Below, piece by piece: positions 1 through 9,296 of a stretch of DNA of 57,839 bases. This DNA comes from Zetaproteobacteria bacterium CG1_02_53_45. Its GTDB lineage: Bacteria > Pseudomonadota > Zetaproteobacteria > Mariprofundales > Mariprofundaceae. Every line of letters starts with the position of its first letter. Within the stretch, counting starts at the first letter, position 1. Under the pieces are notes generated by a model that was not told the origin of the DNA, made no database searches, and saw only the letters and a program-made list of their open reading frames with translations. The stretch covers positions 1-57,839 of the forward strand of contig MNWZ01000074.1 of assembly GCA_001871925.1 (NCBI GenBank). Reading direction: 5' to 3'. The position numbers and the translations under genes were made by a program.

Positions 1-69
1 ATTTCAATTCACATCCATAGCCATGATTTTCTTTGCTCCTTTCATGATTGCCGGACGTTCATTTTATGC

Positions 70-3000
70 TCATTGCCCGGTTGAAATTCGATAGCTGCTA
101 AAGCGCTCATAAAGACACGGCAAAACGAACAGTGTTAATAGTGTGGATGATACAAGACCTCCCACCACTACCGTTGCCAGAGGTCTCTGGATTTCAGAAC
201 CAATACCTGTAGCCAGCAGCAATGGAATCAGGCCCAGCGCCGCGATCATGGCAGTCATCAGCACCGGTCTTAAACGGCTCTCGGCGCCATGTCGAATGGC
301 ATCACTTAGTTCATGCTCATCAAGGTGGCGGTTGATTGCATCAACCAGCACAACCCCGTTAAGAACCGCTACGCCGAACAGCGCGATAAAGCCGATACTG
401 GATGGTACTGAGAGATATTGACCGGAAACCAACAACGCCAGAATACCTCCAATCAGTGCCATCGGCACATTGAGCATGATCAATGCTGCCTGTCCGACTG
501 AATGGAATGCAAAATAGAGTAGCAGAAAGATCAGCAGCAGCGACAATGGTACCACGACCATCAACCTGGCCTGTGCCCGCTGCTGATTCTCAAACTGGCC
601 ACCAAACACCACGGTATAGCCAGGCGGCAGATCGACCTCACTTTGAATGCGCTGATCCAGTTCAGTCACCAGACTACCCATATCGCGCCCTTCAACATTA
701 CTCTGAATCACGACGCGACGTTGCACATCATCTCGCTTGATCATCGGAGGGCCTTGCTCAACAGCAATGGAGGCTACATCTTCAAGGCGCACCCATGCGC
801 CGCTTGGCGATTGCAAAATCAGACCGCCAATCGACTCTTTATTATGACGGAAATCTTTCGCCAGTCGAACATAGATATCATATCGCTCATTGCCCTGAAT
901 GACCTGCCCGGCAGATGCACCGCCAATGGCATCAGCAACCAGACTCATGACATCATCTACAGGAATACCATAACGATCGAGCTTGCTGCGGTCAGGACGA
1001 ACCACCAACTGCGCTTCACCCTCAATCTGCTCCATCTCCACATCGCGAGTGCCTTCAACACTTTTCGCTACTGTTTCTATTTTCTTGCCCATTTCCGCCA
1101 GCACTTTCAGATCAGGGCCGAACAATTTAATCGCAAGTGCTGCCTTCACACCGGACAACAATTCATCGACTCGCATGGCAATTGGTTGGGTAAATGAGAT
1201 CAGAATTCCGGGCACTACCTCCATCTCTTCACGCATCAAATTTTGTAGCTCTTCCCTATCACGGGCACTTGTCCATTCGGAGACAGGTTTTAAACCGACA
1301 AACAGTTCCACATTGGACACAGGCTCCGGATCTCCCCCAATTTCTGAACGACCTGTTCTGGCCGAGACATAAGTAATCTCCGGATATTTCTCGATCAGTA
1401 CCCGCTCCAGTTTTTCACCCACACCCTTGGCATAATCCAGTGAAGAGGATGGTGCCAGGGTAATGCGAATAGCCAGTGTTCCTTCTTCCAGTTCCGGCAC
1501 AAACTCAGTTCCCAGGAAAGGAACCGTAGCAAGCGTAAGAACAAAAGCCGCAGCCGCACCACCAACCACTGCTTTACGTGCCTTCAGGGCGGATTTAAGC
1601 AGACTATGATAAGCACGCGCAATCGGTGCCAACAGAGGGCTGTCTTTGTGAACCACGCCTTTTGTGAAGGCATAGGTTGCCAATACAGGCATCACAAACA
1701 GGGCCACCAGCAGTGAAACAAACATGGCAAAGCAGATGGAGAGTGCCATCGGCGTAAACATCTTGCCTTCCACGCCATCAAGCGTGAACAGCGGCGTGAA
1801 TACCAGCAGAATAATGAGTACTGCAAACAGCACCGGGCGCGCTACTTCTTTCGAGGCCTCAGTAATGCGCAGGGGGATTCCTTGATTATTTATCAGGCCA
1901 TGATCGCCTTGCGGCGTTTTCTCCAGATGTTTAAAGATGTTCTCCACCATCACCACGGAGCCATCGACCATCATACCAATGGCAATGGCCAGACCACCCA
2001 GACTCATCAGGTTGGCTGAAATGCCGTAATGTTGCATAACGCCTAATGCCGCCAGAATTGAAATCGGAACAGATAACAACACCAGTGTCGCTGCTCGCAT
2101 ATTCATCAAAAACAGGAACAGCACGATGATGATCAGAACAAATGCTTCCAACAGCGCTTTTTCAACAGTCCACACCGCCTTGTTAATCAAATCAGACTGG
2201 TCATAAAAAGGCTGAATAGTAACGCCCTTTGGCAATGCCTTCTGAACGATCTCCAATCTTGATTTAACATCATCAATGGTGTTTTTGGTATTGGCACCAA
2301 AACGTTTAAGCGTAATGCCTACAACGACTTCGCCAAGTGAAGTGACCTTTCCATCTTCATCTCGCTCAGTCATGGTCACTGCGCCCTGACGAATCTCACC
2401 ACCAAAGGCCACAGTCGCGACATCAGATACGCGAATCGATGTGCCATCTACAGTTTTGACAGGAATCGCTGCAATGGCTTTCAATCCCTCTTCACCACCG
2501 GGAATCCAGCCCACACCGCGAATCACTAACTGCTCATCACCTTGGGGCAGATACCAGCCGCCAGCATTGCGATTATTAGCTTCAATAGCTTTTGCCACGT
2601 CATCTACATGCAGATTGTAGGAAAGCAAATGCTCAGGATTGATTTGCACCTGATACTGCCTTACTTCACCACCGTAAGAGAGAATGTCTGTCACACCTTC
2701 AACCGGCATCAACATTAACTTCACTACCCAGTCGTTTAAGGCCCTTAAAGTGATTGCATCAAAGCCAGCTTCCGGGTCTGACTTGATAATATACTGGAAC
2801 ACCTGACCAAGCCCTGATGTGTTCGGTCCAATTTTGGGCGTACCCGCCCATGCAGGAACCGTCTGGCTGGCATCCTGCAGCTTCTGGAACACCAGCTGTC
2901 TGGCAAAGTATATATCTGTCCCTTCCCTGAATACGACAGTAATCACAGACAGGCCCGTCTTGGAGATTGAGCGCACTTCCTCAACATCAGGAAGTGAATA

Positions 3001-3219
3001 CATCACCGCCTCAATGGGATAAGTGATCAACTGCTCCACCTCTTCAGAAGCCAGGCCTTGAGCTTCGGTGTTAATCTGCACCTGCACATTGGTCACGTCT
3101 GGAAATGCATCGAGATTCAATTTCGGAATCACAAACAGTGCATAAGTCATTGAACCCAGCAATAACATTAGAATCAGAAGACGGTTATTAACCGCCGCAT
3201 CAATCAGTTTACTAAACAT
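70..3219 (-). CDS. czcA: CusA/CzcA-family heavy-metal efflux RND permease
   Basis: 1049 aa; N-terminal DAFPDVTNVQVQINT, TM4 LAIAIGMMVDGSVVMVEN, C-terminal RLRPVLMTA...GSEIQRPLATVVVGG; lies downstream of MFP and TolC-like genes. Metal specificity cannot be determined. Confidence 0.93.
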   Translation of the reverse strand: MFSKLIDAAVNNRLLILMLLLGSMTYALFVIPKLNLDAFPDVTNVQVQINTEAQGLASEEVEQLITYPIEAVMYSLPDVEEVRSISKTGLSVITVVFREGTDIYFARQLVFQKLQDASQTVPAWAGTPKIGPNTSGLGQVFQYIIKSDPEAGFDAITLRALNDWVVKLMLMPVEGVTDILSYGGEVRQYQVQINPEHLLSYNLHVDDVAKAIEANNRNAGGWYLPQGDEQLVIRGVGWIPGGEEGLKAIAAIPVKTVDGTSIRVSDVATVAFGGEIRQGAVTMTERDEDGKVTSLGEVVVGITLKRFGANTKNTIDDVKSRLEIVQKALPKGVTIQPFYDQSDLINKAVWTVEKALLEAFVLIIIVLFLFLMNMRAATLVLLSVPISILAALGVMQHYGISANLMSLGGLAIAIGMMVDGSVVMVENIFKHLEKTPQGDHGLINNQGIPLRITEASKEVARPVLFAVLIILLVFTPLFTLDGVEGKMFTPMALSICFAMFVSLLVALFVMPVLATYAFTKGVVHKDSPLLAPIARAYHSLLKSALKARKAVVGGAAAAFVLTLATVPFLGTEFVPELEEGTLAIRITLAPSSSLDYAKGVGEKLERVLIEKYPEITYVSARTGRSEIGGDPEPVSNVELFVGLKPVSEWTSARDREELQNLMREEMEVVPGILISFTQPIAMRVDELLSGVKAALAIKLFGPDLKVLAEMGKKIETVAKSVEGTRDVEMEQIEGEAQLVVRPDRSKLDRYGIPVDDVMSLVADAIGGASAGQVIQGNERYDIYVRLAKDFRHNKESIGGLILQSPSGAWVRLEDVASIAVEQGPPMIKRDDVQRRVVIQSNVEGRDMGSLVTELDQRIQSEVDLPPGYTVVFGGQFENQQRAQARLMVVVPLSLLLIFLLLYFAFHSVGQAALIMLNVPMALIGGILALLVSGQYLSVPSSIGFIALFGVAVLNGVVLVDAINRHLDEHELSDAIRHGAESRLRPVLMTAMIAALGLIPLLLATGIGSEIQRPLATVVVGGLVSSTLLTLFVLPCLYERFSSYRISTGQ

Positions 3220-3228
3220 GGCGTGACC

Positions 3229-4434
3229 TCAATGGTTGTGTGCTTCAAAGCCGGACTTCGCCAACTCTGAAGCAAGGACAAATGCGCCCTTGATGACAAC
3301 AGATTCTCCTTCTTTTAGGCCTTCCAGAATTGGAACAAACCCCATGCTGGCTTTGCCAACACGAACCTCCCTACGCTCAAATTGGCCTGCCTCTTCCTCA
3401 ACAAACACAATCAACTCACTACCTTGTCGCTGAATGGCCGCTTCCGGTAACAGCAGCGCGTCTTCGCCGCTGCCCGCTTTAATCTCCGCATTCACAAACA
3501 TGCCGGGATGCAAAACATCTGCAGGGTTTTGTACTTCCAGACGGACACCGACCGTACGGGTAGTCTGATCAAGCTGATGATGGATGTTGATGATTCGACC
3601 CTTATATCGGGTATTACTGTTCCTCAATGAAATAACTGCAGCATGACCACCCTGAAGTCCATCCATCTGGGCCTGGGATAATTTCACTTCAACCCAGACG
3701 GTTGATTCATCAACGACCTGCATCAACCGGGTGCCGGCTGCAATGTGCTGCCCCAAACGAAAATCATCTGCCACAATCGTTCCTGAACTGGGGGCATAAA
3801 GGGTTAACTGACCATATTGGCTCGAACTGATCAGCGTATCTATTTTCTTATCTGACAGGCCATACGAGGCTAATGAGGCACGCGCTGCTGCGAGGTTTGC
3901 ATGTGCTGCCTGATGAACACTTGTTGTCTGTTGAAGCCGCGCTTGCGATACAATTTTTTCCTTTGCCAAACCTTCAATGCGTTTCAGATCCAGCTTACTT
4001 TTACGATGCTCTGCTTCAGCTCTCAGATAACCGGCTTCAGACTGTGCCAAAGCTGAACTGGTGAGGGTCACCAGCTTCTGTCCTTTATTAACCTTATCAC
4101 CCAAGCGCACATGGCGAGCATGAATAGCGCCATCAACCAGGATGGTGATATCTGCTAATTTATACGCATCGAAACCCACAGTCCCCGGCGCATTGATGGT
4201 CTTCACTTCAGGACGGAGCTTAATCACCTCAGATTCTATACCCGCCTGTTTGATCTGAGCTGGAGTCAGCTTGATAGCTCCACCTTCTTCTGCATGATCA
4301 TCGTGCCCGCCATGGGCATCAGTCTTTTCACTCTCATGACCTTGCCCTGCCTCTTCATGATCATGATCTTCTGCGATGGCAGGAACACTCATAAATAATA
4401 TAAGTGTCGTTATTAATGCTATTAATGTTTTCAT
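3229..4434 (-). CDS. czcB: RND periplasmic adaptor (CzcB/CusB-like membrane fusion protein) with His-rich N-terminus
   Basis: Signal peptide, HDHEE...HGGHDDH segment, lipoyl/barrel motifs (VRLGDKVNKGQKL, TRTVGVR, LHPGMFV); stop of the upstream gene overlaps its ATG. Confidence 0.9.
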   Translation of the reverse strand: MKTLIALITTLILFMSVPAIAEDHDHEEAGQGHESEKTDAHGGHDDHAEEGGAIKLTPAQIKQAGIESEVIKLRPEVKTINAPGTVGFDAYKLADITILVDGAIHARHVRLGDKVNKGQKLVTLTSSALAQSEAGYLRAEAEHRKSKLDLKRIEGLAKEKIVSQARLQQTTSVHQAAHANLAAARASLASYGLSDKKIDTLISSSQYGQLTLYAPSSGTIVADDFRLGQHIAAGTRLMQVVDESTVWVEVKLSQAQMDGLQGGHAAVISLRNSNTRYKGRIINIHHQLDQTTRTVGVRLEVQNPADVLHPGMFVNAEIKAGSGEDALLLPEAAIQRQGSELIVFVEEEAGQFERREVRVGKASMGFVPILEGLKEGESVVIKGAFVLASELAKSGFEAHNH

Positions 4435-5672
4435 TCTTTGATTCCCTGGAGGATATATTCCGGGTGACCCAGCACTTCAGCCAGACGAATACGGGCTAAC
4501 CAGCCCTGTTTAACAATTGCTGCGGAGTTGATACGCGACTCAAGGATCTGGTTGATATGCACGACAAGCTCTTCGATATTCAGTTCACCAGCATCGAAGG
4601 CCATTCTGGCCAATTCGATGTTATCCGGAGATGAGCTTTTCCCTTCGACTTGACTGATTGCAAATAGTGCCTGCATGGCAGTGGTGTGACTAAACAGTGC
4701 TTCCTGAACCTCTAGCTTCACGCGCTGTTCAAACCATTCCAGTTCGGTTTTATAGGCAGATGCTTGAGACAATGCTGCTCGATATGCGCCATTATGGCTG
4801 TTCAACACAGGAATTGGCATCGTTAAACCCAGAGAAACGAGTTGATCACCAGCCTCCCTTCCGGCCATCAAACCAACGGTAACATCAGGAATGCGGTGTG
4901 CATCTGCAAGATCAGCCTGAGCTGAATACTGAACCAGCCGTTGACGCCTTACGGCGATGTCAGGGCGGGAACTCAACGCTATTTCAACAGGATCAGATAA
5001 TGGTTGCCAATTCACGCGCAATTTAGGCAGCTCAGGTTGAATACTCATCATATCACCACCTGCACCGACGGCTATCACATACCTTGATACATTCATGGCA
5101 TGTTCACTCTTTGCCTGTGCTTCAGCATGAATAGCCTGAGTTAATGATGCCCGGGAAAGATTTACATCCAGTTGGTTGGCTTCACCAAGCTCCATCTGTC
5201 TGGTGATCGCTTTGTGCAGCTGCGATAACGTTCCTGCCTGCTGATTGCGCCACAAGAGCTCCTGTCTGGAGAAGTGTAGCGCCACAAAAGCTCTGGCCAC
5301 GTTGTATGATATCTGTTGAAACAGAGCATCTGATTCCAGCTTAACAGCCTCTAAATTAGCCAGAGCGGATTGCTCGCGATATTTTTGCTTGCCACCAAGC
5401 TCAATCCCTTGTGACAAGGTGATGTAGTAATCGTTTGATCTACCACCTCCATTCAACTTGCGTCGCTGAGGTTCAACGGATAACTCAGGATTATATGCAT
5501 AAGAGCCTTGCTCCTGAAGTTCACCTTGAGCACCGTCAATCTGCATTTTTGATATTGTTAACATTGGATGTTGCTCTACAGCAGCTTCCATTGCTGATTT
5601 CAGTGTTACTGCATCGGCATTGAACGGGTGAATGCATAACAGCATTCCGATCATAAAGAATCGTATTCGCAC
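4431..5672 (-). CDS. czcC: TolC-family outer membrane efflux protein (CzcC-like)
   Basis: GTG start, signal peptide, NPELS and LSQGIELGGK motifs, SRPD repeat typical of OEP proteins; first gene of the CBA operon. Confidence 0.88.
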   Translation of the reverse strand: MRIRFFMIGMLLCIHPFNADAVTLKSAMEAAVEQHPMLTISKMQIDGAQGELQEQGSYAYNPELSVEPQRRKLNGGGRSNDYYITLSQGIELGGKQKYREQSALANLEAVKLESDALFQQISYNVARAFVALHFSRQELLWRNQQAGTLSQLHKAITRQMELGEANQLDVNLSRASLTQAIHAEAQAKSEHAMNVSRYVIAVGAGGDMMSIQPELPKLRVNWQPLSDPVEIALSSRPDIAVRRQRLVQYSAQADLADAHRIPDVTVGLMAGREAGDQLVSLGLTMPIPVLNSHNGAYRAALSQASAYKTELEWFEQRVKLEVQEALFSHTTAMQALFAISQVEGKSSSPDNIELARMAFDAGELNIEELVVHINQILESRINSAAIVKQGWLARIRLAEVLGHPEYILQGIKE

Positions 5673-5785
5673 AGTTTCCCCCTGTGTTGTTATTGAATTG
5701 ATCGGGGAAAGCTGATCTCTACATTGAATGAAAACAGGCCCAATCTGTGTAGACCGTTCAAATTAAATCATTCGATGCCGGAAAA

Positions 5786-6106
5786 TCAGCTGTACAGTGA
5801 CTTTGGAGGGTGTTCTATCAAAAGTGGCAGGTTCTTCACATAGAGTTCTGCCAATACAAAGTGTTGAGGCGTAATAGTAACAAGTGCCGAATCCACCTGT
5901 TTATCCTCAGTCATAGTAAACGTATGCGATGCATGAACGTGGCATCCATGATCTTGTGAACCCTGTTCATGATCAGCGCCATCATCATGGAGATGTTCAG
6001 CAATATAGCCTTCATCGATACCAGCCGCATGCACATGAATATCGAATCCACATGTAAATACAGATAGCTGCAGGGCAAGAAAGGCCATGAGGGCTAAGGC
6101 GCGCAT
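5786..6106 (-). CDS. Small secreted His-rich protein, CzcI/DUF2946-like, upstream of czcCBA
   Basis: 106 aa; hydrophobic N-terminus, HVH/HLH/HGCHVHASH clusters, C-terminal EHPPK; position matches czcI-type leaders. Confidence 0.65.
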   Translation of the reverse strand: MRALALMAFLALQLSVFTCGFDIHVHAAGIDEGYIAEHLHDDGADHEQGSQDHGCHVHASHTFTMTEDKQVDSALVTITPQHFVLAELYVKNLPLLIEHPPKSLYS

Positions 6107-6386
6107 ACAGACAAGGTTATAGAAGTCATCAACTGAAGCAAGAGTACCTTAAAAGCACGCGGGAAATATTCTGGAATTATTCATGACTCGAATGTCTTCT
6201 GGCCGAAGTCAGTGGGTCAGATATTCAAGTGCAAACAGGGGGTAGTCCATTGCTCCAGCGCGGATTTACGGAAAACTTTCTGCATAAAACATTAAAAATA
6301 AATCTTCTGCGAGACTATTGATGCTCCGACAGCAAGCTGCCGGAGGGCCCGTCGATAATCTTCCCGCTAATGCGCGATGAGCCAAG

Positions 6387-6417
6387 AAAAAGCCCCCCGC
6401 TTTCGCAGGGGGCTTTT
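6387..6417 (-). terminator. Rho-independent terminator of the sqr operon (possibly bidirectional)
   Basis: Minus strand reads AAAAGCCCCCTGC-GAAA-GCGGGGGGC-TTTTT: GC stem, GAAA tetraloop, U-tract; the plus strand also has T4 after the stem. Confidence 0.85.
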
Positions 6418-6463
6418 CATGATACTTCTAAACCGGAACAGCAACAGTTCCGGGTCATACTGT

Positions 6464-6628
6464 TTAGTGATGCGATTTCGACATCAGTTTAAGCATTTTC
6501 AGATTGATGACGATAAAGCGGATACTCTGCCAGATGAGTGATGTACGCATGTAGCGGGTAAACCCGGTCGGGGCCGGAGGATAATAAGCCTGCTGATATG
6601 GTTCCTTGTTGGTAACTTTTACTGCCAT
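6464..6628 (-). CDS. 54-aa small protein co-transcribed with sqr (not in the ORF track)
   Basis: ATG at 6628 with AGGAG 6 nt upstream; MAVKVTNKEPYQQAYYPPAPTGFTRYMRTSLIWQSIRFIVINLKMLKLMSKSHH*; sits between the sqr stop and the terminator. Confidence 0.75.
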   Translation of the reverse strand: MAVKVTNKEPYQQAYYPPAPTGFTRYMRTSLIWQSIRFIVINLKMLKLMSKSHH

Positions 6629-6671
6629 GATGTGCTCCTAAAAAATGATATCGCTATAATGTTCGCTATGA

Positions 6672-8129
6672 TTAATCCGGAAGCACTGACCAGCCCGGTT
6701 TCAGTTTTGCCTGATAGATGAATGTATGATGCAGAATATACTTCATCCAGTGGCCTGCCAATCCGATTTCACCCGTAGTCAGCTCAATATCACGGCCATG
6801 CTCAGGGTATTTTTCAAAGTCCGGCACAACCGGGAATACGGTCATGGTTGCCGCAGTTCCCTTGAACACATGCGATCCGGTAGAGGCCACACAGGCTGCC
6901 CCCATTTCCGCCATGGAGGCTGAATGCGTTGGTTTTTCAGAACCGTTAACCATGTCGCGGATACTCATGGCCACAGCTTTCGCCATCGTTGCTGACGGCA
7001 TGCCTGTTCTTGGCGGCGTCGGATTGATTGGCGTGCCGTTGGCACTCTGCATCGGTTTACTGATCAGGTGTGGTGGCGCAAAAGCAATGCCGACTGCGAA
7101 GATATTTTTATATCCGGGTGTCTGGTAAGTACGTGGCCAATCCTTGGCACTCCACTCCGCATAAGGGCGTGGCGTATAATCGGCATCCACTTTCATGAAA
7201 CCGTTCGGCGCAAACACCTCGGCGGTGATATCTTCACCGGCCTTGTCGAAAGCCTTCAGGCCAACACCGGCGAATGGTGGGATCAGCATGGAGAAATCGA
7301 ACTCCTGCTCATGGAACGCACCATCCATGGTTTCATAATGAATCTTGCCGGCTTCAACTTTTTTCACATGAGCGCGTGTAATCCATTCGATACCACGCTC
7401 TACCATCAGTGATTCAGCGAAGGTTTTGCCATTGGTCACATAACCGCCACGTTTGATATGTACGCCGCCCATGCCGAAGTCGCCCAGTTCGTACTCATTG
7501 CTGAGCCAGACGATGCGGGCCATATCACGCACTCCGGCTTCGCGCAGAATGTGGTCCACGTTATAGATATATTCGAAGGCAGCGCCCTGGCAGGTACACA
7601 TGCCATGGCCTGTGCCGACAACAACAGTGCAGTGTTCGCCGGCACGCATTCTTTCAATCGTTGTCTGCAGCTTTTCATTGGCTTCCAGCGCATGGCCCGG
7701 GGTACACACTGATACGGTAAAACCGTGATCAGGGCCCAAACCTTCTGTCGCCGCAAAGTTCAGCTTGGGGCCTGTAGCATTAATCAGATAGTCATACTCA
7801 ATGTTTTCCTGCTCACCGGCTTTCGCAGGCAGCGTATATTCGATACTGATGAACGGCTTTTCACTCTCGGCACTACCCTGCGGGTTGATCGACAGCCCTT
7901 TGGCCTGAAGAAATTTTACACTGGTTTTTTTGTACACCTCGGCCAGATCAAAGGTCACTTCTTCCTCAGTCATCTGGCCAACACCTACCCAGATATTGGA
8001 AGGAATCCAGTTCCACCTGGCATTTGGCGACACCACAACAACTTCATGTTTGTTGCCAATCCACTTATTAAGATATCTGGCGGCGGTATGGCCGGCGATG
8101 CCTGCACCCAAAATTACAACTCGAGACAT
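6672..8129 (-). CDS. sqr: Sulfide:quinone oxidoreductase, probably type IV (SqrD-like)
   Basis: FAD-binding VVILGAGIAG, WIPSNIWVGVG, Cys motifs VSVCT, GMCTCQGAAFEY, AACVAS; PPRTG motif. Start moved to ATG 8129 (GGAGGA RBS), 485 aa. Type assignment is recalled family knowledge. Confidence 0.88.
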   Translation of the reverse strand: MSRVVILGAGIAGHTAARYLNKWIGNKHEVVVVSPNARWNWIPSNIWVGVGQMTEEEVTFDLAEVYKKTSVKFLQAKGLSINPQGSAESEKPFISIEYTLPAKAGEQENIEYDYLINATGPKLNFAATEGLGPDHGFTVSVCTPGHALEANEKLQTTIERMRAGEHCTVVVGTGHGMCTCQGAAFEYIYNVDHILREAGVRDMARIVWLSNEYELGDFGMGGVHIKRGGYVTNGKTFAESLMVERGIEWITRAHVKKVEAGKIHYETMDGAFHEQEFDFSMLIPPFAGVGLKAFDKAGEDITAEVFAPNGFMKVDADYTPRPYAEWSAKDWPRTYQTPGYKNIFAVGIAFAPPHLISKPMQSANGTPINPTPPRTGMPSATMAKAVAMSIRDMVNGSEKPTHSASMAEMGAACVASTGSHVFKGTAATMTVFPVVPDFEKYPEHGRDIELTTGEIGLAGHWMKYILHHTFIYQAKLKPGWSVLPD

Positions 8130-8185
8130 GTTTCCTCCTCTGATTCCCTGCATACAAAATAATTAACCATTCAATATATTGCGTT

Positions 8186-8213
8186 AATATATTATAATCT
8201 AATTATATGTCAA
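8186..8213 (-). promoter_or_regulatory. Putative sigma70 promoter of sqr overlapping AT-rich palindromes
   Basis: TTGACA (8213-8208), 16-nt spacer, TATATT (8191-8186); palindromes CAATATATTG (8172-8181) and TAATATATTA (8185-8194). Confidence 0.55.
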
Positions 8214-8365
8214 GCGGTAAATGAACCTTATGTCTGAAGCTGGCAATACTGACGCTCCCTCCGGATATCCCCCAGCCCCATAAACGGCAAGTTGCAGAAA
8301 TATCGAAAGACCCGTTGATCACAGCACTGCTTGATCAAACGGTAAGCAAAGAGGATATTACGTAT

Positions 8366-8857
8366 ATGCATGGTGCTCGCCTGATCAAAACCGTTGTCGC
8401 TCTCTGCCTCGTCCTGTTGAGTGCAGGCTGCATCTCGCTCGGGGCAAAGTTTCAGCCTGTTGAGCTTACTGACCGGAGCAAAGCGCTGGTGATCGTTTAC
8501 CGACCTGCCGATATGTGCAATCTGACCGACCCCTTCTATTTCCTGGCCAACAAAAAAGAGTTCGCCTCGCTGGGCAACAATGCCTACACCTCGGTATTGG
8601 CTATGCCCGGCACCTATACCATCGAAGTCAGGAATATTCTGACCCGGCTGATGGAGCATATGCATCAGGGCAGTGAAATATTCAAGCTTGAGGCGGGCAG
8701 AATCTACTACATCAAGTATCACCGCATCTGCAAAATATTCGCTCCGGATACCAATTATATTGAGGAAATCGAAGAGCAGAAGGCCTTCTCAGAGTTGAGC
8801 AAGATGGGGTATACGAAACCGACGGTTGAACAACTCTCCAATCCGGATGTTCCTTAG
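8366..8857 (+). CDS. Lipoprotein, DUF2846-like
   Basis: ATG 8366 after GAGGA; lipobox LSAGC; KALVIVYRP...PGTYTI...LEAGRIYY pattern typical of this family. Confidence 0.65.
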   Translation: MHGARLIKTVVALCLVLLSAGCISLGAKFQPVELTDRSKALVIVYRPADMCNLTDPFYFLANKKEFASLGNNAYTSVLAMPGTYTIEVRNILTRLMEHMHQGSEIFKLEAGRIYYIKYHRICKIFAPDTNYIEEIEEQKAFSELSKMGYTKPTVEQLSNPDVP

Positions 8858-8918
8858 CCCCACGGAAACGTCAGAGTATTCCCGGAGCAGAGCTTCATAC
8901 GGGGTTGTTGTTAAGTGA

Positions 8919-9296
8919 TTAAATCGCCCGTGCCAGCTGAATGCCGAACCAGGTCAGCGTCAGACAGACAAGCACCTGTCCAATCACATTGCCGAAAGCC
9001 AGCGCCAGCGCCCCCTCCTGCAACAACCTGATCGACTCCAGTGAAAAGGTGGAAAAGGTGGTGAAGGCCCCCAGGAAACCGACGGTGAGAGCAAGACGTA
9101 GCAGTTCACCGGCTGTGGAGCGTTCGATCAGCCAGACAAACAGGAAGCCGAGCAGAAAACTGCCGATGGCATTCACAGCAAACGTGCCCCAGGGAAAAGC
9201 ACCGCCGGCCATTTTCTGGATACAGGATGCCATCAGCCAGCGCATAACTGCTCCACTTGCGCCTCCGATAGCTACCGCGATCAACTGTCCCGTCAC
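8919..9296 (-). CDS. crcB: Fluoride efflux channel CrcB/FluC
   Basis: GGASGAVMRW, FPWGTFAVN, GFLGAFTTFSTF signature; 125 aa. Confidence 0.95.
   Translation of the reverse strand: MTGQLIAVAIGGASGAVMRWLMASCIQKMAGGAFPWGTFAVNAIGSFLLGFLFVWLIERSTAGELLRLALTVGFLGAFTTFSTFSLESIRLLQEGALALAFGNVIGQVLVCLTLTWFGIQLARAI

Noticed and set aside
4-45. Micro-ORF MKGAKKIMAMDVN* with an AAGGAG element downstream of czcA
   Set aside because: At most 13 codons and at the window edge; cannot be judged without flanking sequence.
8228-8722. 164-aa minus-strand ORF
   Set aside because: Antisense shadow of the lipoprotein gene, which has the RBS, lipobox and family motifs.
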